This document shows positions 55,537 through 64,000 of a DNA stretch of 64,000 nt, piece by piece (position 1 is the first letter of the stretch; the number at the start of each line of letters is the position of its first letter). The position numbers were made by a program, and so were the translations under genes. The notes beneath the pieces were generated by a model. The model had not been told where the DNA came from, ran no database searches, and saw nothing but the letters and a program-made list of their open reading frames with translations. The DNA is from an uncultured Bacilli bacterium (lineage in GTDB: Bacteria > Bacillota_I > Bacilli_A > RFN20 > CAG-288). The stretch lies in contig CAKVBX010000002.1 of NCBI GenBank assembly GCA_934725685.1, positions 19,581-83,580 of the forward strand, read 5' to 3'.

Positions 55537-58080
55537 ATGGCAAAAACAACAACAGATGAAAAGTCGAGCGGTTTCACTCCGATGGTGGAGCAATACCTCT
55601 CTTTCAAAAAACAATACGGCGATATCATCCTTTTCTATCGCATCGGCGACTTCTACGAAATGTTCAACGAAGATGCCGAGATTGCGAGTAAGGAACTTCA
55701 GCTTTTTTTGACGAAGAAAGCGTGCGGAAACGGTCAGTTCATTCCGATGTGCGGCATTCCGCATCACGCCTATCTTTCTTATGCACAGAAACTTGTTGAC
55801 CGTGGCTATAAAGTCGGCATCTGTGAGCAGGTCGAAGATCCCAAACTTACCAAGAAACTCGTCAAACGTGATGTCGTCCAGATCATTTCCCCCGGCGCCA
55901 ACATGGATTACGGCGGAAATGACAACAACTTCATTGCCTCCGTCTCCTTCTATCCGCTTCAGGCCTTCCTTTCCTTTGCCGACCTTTCCACCGGAGAACT
56001 GAAAGTGCTCTCCCTCGAAAGCTCCAAGGAGAAAGTCTTGGAGAAACTTCTTTCCCTAGATGTCCGGGAACTCATTCTTCCCACTGATATTGAGGCTTCT
56101 TTTGTCACCTATGTGAAATCCAATTCCAATATCTGCATCTCGTACTGTAATGATACGGCGAGAAACCTCGAACTCGAACCACTTTTTGTCAATCTTTCGG
56201 ATAGCAGACAGATTGAGACGACGGCAAGACTTTATAACTACCTGAAAACGATGGAGCGGAGACCGCTCAGCTATTTCAAACCGGCCACCAATCTCATGGA
56301 CAAGAAATCCATGCGAATCGACTATGCGGCTCAGAGCAACATGGAACTGGTGAAATCACTCGATGGAAAGACCTTCGGTACTCTGTACTGGCTTCTCAAT
56401 CAGACCAAGACCCCGATGGGATCCCGCTATCTGAGGTCTCAGATTACTTCTCCGAGTGCTTCCTTTGAGGAGATTGAACGCCGTGAGAATATCACCGAAC
56501 TCTTTGTGAACAATTATCTCATCCGCGAGAATCTCCGCGAGGATCTCAACGGCATATTCGATATGGAACGTCTCATTGCCAGAATGGGTTATGAAAACTG
56601 CAACGGACACGATCTTCTTCAGCTGAAGAAGTCCTTGGCCTCCCTTCCGAAAATCCATGAAGACCTTAAGAAAATCGATTCTCCGCTTATTCAGGAAATC
56701 AGCAATCGCATCGGCGATTATACCGCACTTGTCAATCTGCTTGAGAAAGCAATCAGTGAAGACTGCCCGACCACCATCACGGAAGGATATATCTTCAAAC
56801 GAGGTTACAACAGCGAACTCGATGAACTGATTTCTCTTTCCACCGATGCAAAAGAATGGCTCAGCAATTTCGAAGTGAAAGAGAAGGAAAGGACTGGCAT
56901 TCACAACCTCAGAGTCGGAAACAACTCCGTCTTCGGATATTATATTGAAGTCTCTACCGCCCAGACGGCCCTCGTCAAACCGGAGTTCGGCTATATCCGG
57001 AAGCAGACCCTGAAGACGGGAGAACGCTACATCACCGAGGAACTCAAGGAACAGGAAGACCGCATTCTCCGCTCCAAGGATCTGAGAACCTCGCTCGAGT
57101 ACCGCCTCTTCCGTGACTTAAGGAAAGCCGTCTCTCAGTATACGCAGAACATTCAGAAGACTAGCGATGCCCTTTCTGAACTCGATTATTTCCTCGACTT
57201 AGCCTATGTCGCCAGCGAGAATAATTATATCCGTCCTCACTTCAACGGAGAGAACCGCATCGAAATTCTTAGGGCGAGACATCCGATCATCGAAAAGGCT
57301 GCTCCGGGCACCCTCTTTGTCGCCAACGACTACCGTATGGACAAGGACACTGATGTTCTCATCATCACCGGTCCGAACATGGGCGGTAAATCCACTTACA
57401 TGAAGGAATTTGGTCTGATTGCCATTATGGCCCAGATGGGATCCTTTGTTCCTGCCGAATCCTGCTCTATGCCGATTTTCGATTCCCTTTATACTCGTAT
57501 CGGTGCGAGCGATAACCTCATCAAAGGTCAGTCGACCTTCATGACGGAAATGAGTGAAGTCGCAGAGGCTTTACAAGAAGCCGATAGCCATTCTCTCTTC
57601 CTCTTCGATGAAATCGGAAGAGGAACGGCGACCTTCGATGGTATGGCAATCGCTCAGTCCATCATTGAATATATTGTCACGAAAGTGCATGCGAAAACCT
57701 TCTTCTCCACCCATTATCATGAAATTACCAGGCTCTCGGAGAAAATCCATGCCGTGAAGAACATTCACTGCGAAGTCTCTGAGAATGATGGCAAAGTCAC
57801 TTTCCTTTATCGTATGAAGGAAGGGAGCATGGACCGCTCCTATGGTGTCAATGTGGCAAAACTAGCCGGACTTCCGGATGAAATTATCGAACGTGCCGAC
57901 GAACTTTTAGTAACTCTTGAAAACCAGAGCAATGTCGACCGTTCCCGCGTCAGGGAAATCAAACGGGAAGAGGTCAAGAAAGAGCCGGTCCTAGAGGAAC
58001 TCAAGGCACTCGATCCGATGACACTTTCTCCGCTTGACGCCCTGAATTATCTGATTCATCTGAAAAAGAGGATTCACTGA
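55537..58080 (+). CDS. mutS: DNA mismatch repair protein MutS
   Basis: TPMVEQYLSFKKQYGDIILFYRIGDFYEMF, Walker A ITGPNMGGKSTYM, STFMTEM, DEIGRGTATFDG. Confidence 0.97.
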   Translation: MAKTTTDEKSSGFTPMVEQYLSFKKQYGDIILFYRIGDFYEMFNEDAEIASKELQLFLTKKACGNGQFIPMCGIPHHAYLSYAQKLVDRGYKVGICEQVEDPKLTKKLVKRDVVQIISPGANMDYGGNDNNFIASVSFYPLQAFLSFADLSTGELKVLSLESSKEKVLEKLLSLDVRELILPTDIEASFVTYVKSNSNICISYCNDTARNLELEPLFVNLSDSRQIETTARLYNYLKTMERRPLSYFKPATNLMDKKSMRIDYAAQSNMELVKSLDGKTFGTLYWLLNQTKTPMGSRYLRSQITSPSASFEEIERRENITELFVNNYLIRENLREDLNGIFDMERLIARMGYENCNGHDLLQLKKSLASLPKIHEDLKKIDSPLIQEISNRIGDYTALVNLLEKAISEDCPTTITEGYIFKRGYNSELDELISLSTDAKEWLSNFEVKEKERTGIHNLRVGNNSVFGYYIEVSTAQTALVKPEFGYIRKQTLKTGERYITEELKEQEDRILRSKDLRTSLEYRLFRDLRKAVSQYTQNIQKTSDALSELDYFLDLAYVASENNYIRPHFNGENRIEILRARHPIIEKAAPGTLFVANDYRMDKDTDVLIITGPNMGGKSTYMKEFGLIAIMAQMGSFVPAESCSMPIFDSLYTRIGASDNLIKGQSTFMTEMSEVAEALQEADSHSLFLFDEIGRGTATFDGMAIAQSIIEYIVTKVHAKTFFSTHYHEITRLSEKIHAVKNIHCEVSENDGKVTFLYRMKEGSMDRSYGVNVAKLAGLPDEIIERADELLVTLENQSNVDRSRVREIKREEVKKEPVLEELKALDPMTLSPLDALNYLIHLKKRIH

Positions 58081-60014
58081 TGTCACGCATTGCTTTAATG
58101 TCGGCGGAACTTGCCAACCTGATTGCTGCCGGTGAAGTCATCGAGCGGCCAAGCTCCGTCATCAAGGAACTCGTCGAAAACAGTATCGATGCCGAGAGCA
58201 AAAATATCTATGTCGGTGTCACCGATGCCGGAAAAGGTACCATCCTTGTCAAGGATGATGGTTTTGGCATGGACCGGGCAGATGCCGCCAACTGTTTTCT
58301 CCGCCACGCCTCGAGCAAGATCAAAACGGAATATGATCTCAGCCGCATCCATACCCTCGGTTTCCGTGGAGAGGCAATCCCTTCCATCGCTGCCGTCAGC
58401 CATGTGACCCTGACGACGTGTTCGGAAAACGGGGTCGGAACCCGGGTGGAATCCACACCGAACGAAGAACTCCGCGTCATGGACGCCCCGAGTAGAAAAG
58501 GGACCATTTTCGAAGTGAAGGATCTTTTTTACAATACCCCGGCAAGACTCAAGTATCTCCGTTCCCAACAGGCGGAGACCTATAGCATCATCGAGACCGT
58601 CGAACATCTCGCTTTAGGTTTCCCTTCTGTCTCCTTCTCCCTTGTCATCGACGGCAAGGAAATCTTCCGCACCTCCGGAAGAGGTGATCTTCTTGAGTGC
58701 ATTCAGAAAATCTATGGCAATACAATTGCTCAGTCCCTCTATCCGATCAGAAAGGAAGGCATCGCCTATTCCTTCTCCGGTTTCATCTCTAAACCGGAGA
58801 TCAACTATTCCAGAAGAAAGGATATGCTGACGTTTTTAAATCATCGTTGCATTTATGACTATAAGTTCAATAAAGCGATAGAAGACGCCTATAAAGACTA
58901 TCTTCCTCCTCAGCGGTATCCGTTTTCCGTTCTGACCCTCACTATCGATTCCTCTCTCGTCGATGTCAATGTCCATCCGACGAAGAAGGAAGTGAGAATC
59001 TCGATGGAAGACGAGATGGCAAGAGATATTCGCGAAGAGGTCCTGAAGACCCTTTCCTATAAGAAACCGGTCTATTTCATGGATGCCGATCCCAAAAGCG
59101 AAAAGCTCATCGGAAAAGAAGTGGAGGATGACCCGCTTGATTTAGGACTCGTCAGTGCAAAGCCAGACTCTCCCTCCGCCCCAGCAGAACCGGAAAAGGA
59201 AGAACCGCTCTATTTTCAGGATTCCTTACCGCTTCCTGATACCTATGTCGCAAAAGCACCGTTTTCACCTGTGAAACCGGAAACTCCGATAATTCCCGTG
59301 ACTCCGGCTATGGCGACTTTATCGGTTGAGAAGAAAGCGGAAGAGACAAAAACAGGGGATGTTCCCGAAGCGTTCTATTCCGGAAAGGATTACTACGGCA
59401 ATGTCTTTTCCGAGCGAGACTACACCCATCAGCTCCCCGCCATGCATCCGATCGGACAGGTCTTGGATACTTATCTCATCTGTGATAGTGAGGACGGATT
59501 CTATATCATCGATCAGCATGCTGCCGCAGAGCGCATCAACTTCGAGAAGACGGAAGCGCTCTTCGCTTCTATCCGGAGCCGGATTGTTCCCTTGATTCCG
59601 ATCACCATCGATCTCACGCCGAAAGAAGAACTCAATCTCGACGAAGAACATATTGCCCGTCTTGCGACTGTCGGCATCATTATCGAACCCTTTGGTGCCC
59701 ATACGGCAAAGGCGATGGAGATTCCTTCCTTCCTCAATGAGGCAGAGATGAACAATGTCATTCAGGACTGTGTCCACAGCTGCCTCAATGACGAGGTGGC
59801 CGATCCGTTATCTTTGCTTCATCTCACCATCGCCAACATCGCCTGCAAAATGTCCATCAAAGCCAATCATGTCATGCCGTTAAGCGAGATGGAAGCCTTG
59901 CTCCGGGATCTTGCCAAGTGCAAGAATCCGGCCAATTGTCCGCACGGCCGTCCGACGATGATCAGGCTGACGAAGAATGATATCGAACGCATTTTCCGGA
60001 GGACCGGATTTTGA
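58080..60014 (+). CDS. mutL: DNA mismatch repair protein MutL
   Basis: GHKL ATPase motifs VIKELVENSIDA, DDGFGM, GFRGEAIPSIA, DVNVHPTKKEVR. C-terminal dimerisation/endonuclease region. 1-nt overlap with the mutS stop. Confidence 0.95.
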   Translation: MSRIALMSAELANLIAAGEVIERPSSVIKELVENSIDAESKNIYVGVTDAGKGTILVKDDGFGMDRADAANCFLRHASSKIKTEYDLSRIHTLGFRGEAIPSIAAVSHVTLTTCSENGVGTRVESTPNEELRVMDAPSRKGTIFEVKDLFYNTPARLKYLRSQQAETYSIIETVEHLALGFPSVSFSLVIDGKEIFRTSGRGDLLECIQKIYGNTIAQSLYPIRKEGIAYSFSGFISKPEINYSRRKDMLTFLNHRCIYDYKFNKAIEDAYKDYLPPQRYPFSVLTLTIDSSLVDVNVHPTKKEVRISMEDEMARDIREEVLKTLSYKKPVYFMDADPKSEKLIGKEVEDDPLDLGLVSAKPDSPSAPAEPEKEEPLYFQDSLPLPDTYVAKAPFSPVKPETPIIPVTPAMATLSVEKKAEETKTGDVPEAFYSGKDYYGNVFSERDYTHQLPAMHPIGQVLDTYLICDSEDGFYIIDQHAAAERINFEKTEALFASIRSRIVPLIPITIDLTPKEELNLDEEHIARLATVGIIIEPFGAHTAKAMEIPSFLNEAEMNNVIQDCVHSCLNDEVADPLSLLHLTIANIACKMSIKANHVMPLSEMEALLRDLAKCKNPANCPHGRPTMIRLTKNDIERIFRRTGF

Positions 60015-60910
60015 TTTACTGTATTCTTGGACAGACCGCCAGCGGAAAGACGTCCCTCGCCATCGAAGTGGCGAGACGATTTTCGTTACCTGTCATCTCT
60101 GCCGACGCCTATCAGTGCTATAAGATGATGCAGATTGGCACCGATAAACCGAAACCCGAAGAGATTGCAGGGTTGAAGTTCTATTTTACTGATGCCTATG
60201 AACCGGATGCTTCTGTTTCTGTCTATCTGTTCCAGAAAGAGATGCGGAAAGTCCTCGATTCTTATCTGAAAGAAGGGAAAGATGTTCTTGTTGTCGGTGG
60301 AACCTTTCTCTATGTCCGTGCCCTCTTTTATGACTATGACTTTGAGGAAGAGAAAAACACTAGGCAGGAAGAATATGACGGAATGGAACTTTCTGAGCTT
60401 CAGGAGCTTCTCCGGTCTAGAGACAAGGATGTGTATGGTGCAATCGACAATAAAAACAAGCGGCGTGTTGTCCGCGCCTTAGTTCGCCTTGATGAAGGGA
60501 AAAAAACGGAGGACGGAAACAAAGCCAAGGGAACAACCTCTCTTTATCCGGTCGAGTTTCTTCAGATTCTTGTCGACAAGGAGGAAGGAAACCGAAAAAT
60601 CGATAGGCGTGTCGACCGGATGTTTGAAGAAGGCTTCCCAGAGGAAGTGAAGCACCTTGCCTCTCAGTATCCCGCTGATTTAAGGTCCTTCCAGGCAATC
60701 GGATACAAGGAGAGCCTTGCTGCCTTAAAGGAACACGAGGAAATCGGGGAGGATGTCAAAGAACTCATCAAGGTCCACACCCATCAATATGCGAAGAAAC
60801 AGCGTACTTTTTTGCGGAATCAGTTTCCGGAAATCCGGAAAGGAAGCAAAGAAGAAATCCGTGACTATCTGATTTCGGTTCTGACAAAGGAGGAAGCAAA
60901 GCATGAATGA
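60011..60910 (+). CDS. miaA: tRNA dimethylallyltransferase
   Basis: P-loop ILGQTASGKTSLAIEVA, ISADAYQCYKMMQIGTDKP, GGTFLYVRAL. TTG start overlapping the mutL stop. Confidence 0.85.
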   Translation: MIYCILGQTASGKTSLAIEVARRFSLPVISADAYQCYKMMQIGTDKPKPEEIAGLKFYFTDAYEPDASVSVYLFQKEMRKVLDSYLKEGKDVLVVGGTFLYVRALFYDYDFEEEKNTRQEEYDGMELSELQELLRSRDKDVYGAIDNKNKRRVVRALVRLDEGKKTEDGNKAKGTTSLYPVEFLQILVDKEEGNRKIDRRVDRMFEEGFPEEVKHLASQYPADLRSFQAIGYKESLAALKEHEEIGEDVKELIKVHTHQYAKKQRTFLRNQFPEIRKGSKEEIRDYLISVLTKEEAKHE

Positions 60911-62504
60911 TTACAATCTGAAGCAGGTTCTACAAAGATTGTCCATTCCGGAAGAGAAAGTGATTCCTTTCGGAAGAGACAAGGCAAAACTTGATTCTTC
61001 TGATTTTGCCGACAGAAAACGGAACGGAAAACTCATTCTCTGCACGGCGATGACACCGAATAAGGCAGGGGAAGGAAAGACCACGACAGCCATCTGTCTG
61101 GCGGATGGTCTCTCTCATCTCGGAGAGAATGCCGGTCTTGCTTTGCGCGAGCCCTCCCTCGGTCCCGTCTTCGGTGTCAAAGGCGGCGGTACTGGTGGCG
61201 GGAAAGCAGTCCTTGAACCGGAGGAGGATATCAACCTTCATTTCACGGGAGACCTTCACGCCATCACGACGGTCAACAATCTCATCGCCGCCCTTGTCGA
61301 CAACGAACTCTATCAGGGAACTATCGATATCGATCCGGAACGGATCGTCTTCCCCCGTGCGATGGATATGAATGACCGTTCCCTGCGTCACATCACGGTG
61401 GCTCAAAAGGATAAGAAGGCGAGTGCCCATCCCTCTTCCTTTGTCATTACGGCAGCGAGTGAAATCATGGCGATTTTCTGCCTCAGCAAGAACGAGGAAG
61501 ATTTTCTCGACCGGGTCGAGGATATTCTTGTTGCCTATCGGAAAGACGGAACCCCTGTCTTTGTGAAGTCTTTATCCTGCCGCACCGCGGTGAAAAAGCT
61601 GATTCATATGGCCCTATATCCGAACTTGGTTCAGACCCGTTATCATACGCCGGCCCTTATTCATGGCGGCCCGTTTGCCAATATCGCCCATGGAACAAAC
61701 TCCATTCTGAGTACTGACCTCGCCTTACGCCTGTTCGATTATACGGTGACCGAAGCTGGCTTCGGATCGGATCTCGGTATGGAGAAGTATCTCGATATTG
61801 TCACTCCGATTCAGGAGAAGGCACCTGACCTCATCGTCATGGTCACCTCGGCAAGATCTCTTAAGTTGCATGGAGGTGTTGCTTATGCGGATATGGCAAA
61901 AGAGGATACCAAAGCAATTGAGATCGGATTTGCCAATCTTTTGAAACATGTTGAAAATGTGAAAAAGTACCGCCTGCCTTGCTTAGTAAGCATCAATCAC
62001 TTTGACAGCGATACCGAAGCTGAGACAGAGACGATGAAGCGACTTTTAGAAGAGCAGCGGATTCCCTATGCGTTCAATTCCGGTTATACCGAGGGCGTAC
62101 AGGGGAGTGTCGAGCTGGCAAGAAAAGCACTCGAACTTCTTGAGACAGAAGACAATCGTCACTTTGCTCCGATTGTCGATGCGACGATGGATGCCAAGAA
62201 AAAAATTGAGACCATCGCAAGAGAAATCTATGGTTCCACCGAGGTCGAATATACCGACTTTGCTAAGAAGCAGTACCAGGAAATGAAAGCACTCGGTGCC
62301 GACAGTTTCTCTGTCTGTGTCTCCAAGGTTCCGAACTCCTTAAGCGATGATCCTCATCTCATCAACGTTCCGCATGTTCCACTTCATGTGAAGGAATTCC
62401 GTCTCTTTACGGGAGCGAAGTTCCTGGTTCCGCTCACCGGCGATGTCTTTACGATGCCGGGCCTTCCCAAGGTTCCGGCATCCAAGAAAATGGAGGAAGA
62501 ATGA
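60903..62504 (+). CDS. fhs: Formate--tetrahydrofolate ligase
   Basis: TPNKAGEGKTTTAICL, REPSLGPVFGVKGGGTGGG, HGGPFANIAHG. Overlaps miaA by 8 nt. Confidence 0.92.
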   Translation: MNDYNLKQVLQRLSIPEEKVIPFGRDKAKLDSSDFADRKRNGKLILCTAMTPNKAGEGKTTTAICLADGLSHLGENAGLALREPSLGPVFGVKGGGTGGGKAVLEPEEDINLHFTGDLHAITTVNNLIAALVDNELYQGTIDIDPERIVFPRAMDMNDRSLRHITVAQKDKKASAHPSSFVITAASEIMAIFCLSKNEEDFLDRVEDILVAYRKDGTPVFVKSLSCRTAVKKLIHMALYPNLVQTRYHTPALIHGGPFANIAHGTNSILSTDLALRLFDYTVTEAGFGSDLGMEKYLDIVTPIQEKAPDLIVMVTSARSLKLHGGVAYADMAKEDTKAIEIGFANLLKHVENVKKYRLPCLVSINHFDSDTEAETETMKRLLEEQRIPYAFNSGYTEGVQGSVELARKALELLETEDNRHFAPIVDATMDAKKKIETIAREIYGSTEVEYTDFAKKQYQEMKALGADSFSVCVSKVPNSLSDDPHLINVPHVPLHVKEFRLFTGAKFLVPLTGDVFTMPGLPKVPASKKMEEE

Positions 62505-63301
62505 AAATACTCTCTGGAAAAACAATCCGTCCTTTTCTCAAGGAAGAAATTGAGGATAAACTGAAAAAGACGCCGATTTCCTTCTATCTCTATCTCGACG
62601 AGGAAAATCCGGACTGTGTGAGTTATCTGAGAAGCATCGAGAAGCTTCTCGCCTCATTTTCGATATCCTATGAAGTGGGAAGCTATCAGCATGCGCTCTC
62701 TCTGGAAGAGAATCTTCAGTTTTTTTCTTCTTCTATCAAGGAACATAGTGTCCTTTTGCTCCGTCCACTTCCAATCAGGGAGGAGAAACGCTTCATCGAT
62801 CGGATTCCGCCCTCTCAGGATGCCGATATGCTCACGGATATCAACCGGGGCAGGCTCTTCGGCGGAGACCTCGACTGCCTTCCTGCCACGGCACAGTCGA
62901 TCCGACGGATTCTCTCTTATTACGAAATTCCGCTCCCCGATCAGAACGCCGTCATTTTAGGACGTTCCCTCTCCTTAGGTCTTCCCTGCTTCGAACTTCT
63001 CAACCGGATGGACAGCAATGTCACCTTGCTCCACTCGAAGACCTCAGAGGAAAAACGGAAAGCCTATGTGAAAAACGCCGACCTTCTTCTTCTCTGTACC
63101 GGTCGTTCCGGTCTGGTCAGAAAGGAATGGCTGAAGGAAGATGTCACTGTCATCGATGCCGGCTTTTCTTTCCAACACGGCGACTTAGGCTTTGTTCCGG
63201 AAGAGAATGACAGAATATCCTATACGCCGGTCCCCGGCGGTGTAGGTGCCCTTACTTCGTATTGCCTCTTACTGAATGCGTTGAATCTCCGAAATAAATA
63301 G
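62501..63301 (+). CDS. folD: Methylenetetrahydrofolate dehydrogenase/cyclohydrolase (divergent FolD)
   Basis: LLRPLP, DADML..NRGRLF, VILGRSLSLGLP, TLLHSKT, VIDAG, YTPVPGGVGALT. ATGA overlap with fhs. Confidence 0.75.
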   Translation: MKILSGKTIRPFLKEEIEDKLKKTPISFYLYLDEENPDCVSYLRSIEKLLASFSISYEVGSYQHALSLEENLQFFSSSIKEHSVLLLRPLPIREEKRFIDRIPPSQDADMLTDINRGRLFGGDLDCLPATAQSIRRILSYYEIPLPDQNAVILGRSLSLGLPCFELLNRMDSNVTLLHSKTSEEKRKAYVKNADLLLLCTGRSGLVRKEWLKEDVTVIDAGFSFQHGDLGFVPEENDRISYTPVPGGVGALTSYCLLLNALNLRNK

Positions 63302-63388
63302 AACGATTGCTCCTTCCATGAATTTCTTTCTCTTCCTTTGGACAGAAGGAAGAGAATCCCTCAATATTCATTGAAGGAGCTTTTTCAT

Positions 63389-64000
63389 TTGTCTCTCATT
63401 ATCAACCATGTCTCTTTTTCCTATGGGGAGAAAGAAATACTTCACGATATCTCAGCGACGTTTCCGGAGAAGGGCTTTGTGATTTTGCTCGGGAAAAGTG
63501 GGTCCGGAAAAACCACGCTGCTTTCTCTTCTTTCCCATACACTTCCTTTGAAGCAGGGGACCATCACCGGGAATGAAAGGGAATCCATCGCCTATGTTTT
63601 CCAGAGTCCGCTTCTTCTCGACTATCTGAATGTCAGAGATAATGTTCTGCTTTTTCTGAAAATGAACGGAAAAAAGGTGGACGGGAAAAAGGTCGATGAA
63701 ACCTTAGAACGGCTCGGTATCCTTTCACTAGAAGAGCGGGATGTCGTCTCCCTTTCCGGAGGAGAAAAGATGCGGGTCTCGTTAGCGAGAGCCCTTCTTC
63801 TGGATACGCCCATTCTGATCCTCGATGAACCGACAGGACAGCTCGATGGAAAAACGACGGAGGAAATCAATGCGCTGCTTAAGGAGTTATCCAAAGAACG
63901 CCTTCTTCTCATGGTGACTCATGATGAAAAGAGTGCAGACATGCTCGCCGACTCTCTTTATCTTCTCAAAGACGGGAAACTCATTCAGAAAAAAGGAACC
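63389..64000 (+). CDS. ABC transporter ATP-binding protein, 3' end outside window
   Basis: AAGGAG RBS then TTG start. Walker A GKSGSGKTT, signature LSGGEKMRVSLARA, Walker B ILILDEPT. Not in the ORF track because no stop falls inside the window. Confidence 0.8.
   Translation, partial: MSLIINHVSFSYGEKEILHDISATFPEKGFVILLGKSGSGKTTLLSLLSHTLPLKQGTITGNERESIAYVFQSPLLLDYLNVRDNVLLFLKMNGKKVDGKKVDETLERLGILSLEERDVVSLSGGEKMRVSLARALLLDTPILILDEPTGQLDGKTTEEINALLKELSKERLLLMVTHDEKSADMLADSLYLLKDGKLIQKKGT

Noticed and set aside
63328-63356. 11-bp perfect hairpin (TTCTCTTCCTT-7 nt-AAGGAAGAGAA) after folD as a terminator.
   Set aside because: It has no following U-tract, so I do not call it an intrinsic terminator. 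It may still be a stabilising 3' structure.

Overview
This window looks like a Bacillota (Firmicutes)-type chromosome segment using the standard bacterial code. TGA terminates many genes and conserved Trp residues are TGG. It is dominated by housekeeping genes. Several blocks follow Bacillus subtilis gene order: ileS-lspA-rluD, alaS-ruvX, gpsB-rnpB, and pgsA-cinA-recA-rny-ymdB-spoVS-miaB-ymcA-mutS-mutL-miaA. Other core content is a complete pstSCAB-phoU-phoP/phoR-like phosphate cluster with Pho-box-like repeats upstream, mutS2-uvrC, nfnAB plus an iron alcohol dehydrogenase, galE plus a sugar nucleotidyltransferase, fhs-folD, two stand-alone tRNAs (Leu-GAG, Pro-GGG) and a type B RNase P RNA. 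Accessory content is limited: a surface-protein cluster at the left edge (BspA-type LRR protein and two lipoproteins), a second lipoprotein plus SIMPL-like pair, a heavily decayed esterase lipoprotein pseudogene, and one IS1634-family-like insertion sequence. I do not see a convincing novel multi-gene system (defence, secretion, biosynthetic cluster, CRISPR) in this window. The most interesting structure is the IS. It sits between rnhC and mutS2 and is flanked by a perfect 146-bp direct duplication. That duplication copies the first part of rnhC and the whole very compact divergent control region, so a host promoter faces each IS end. The IS carries what looks like its own insulating terminator and subterminal GTAAAG repeats. 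All other findings are smaller regulatory or protein-architecture oddities. All product calls rest on motif recognition by eye. No database search was run.
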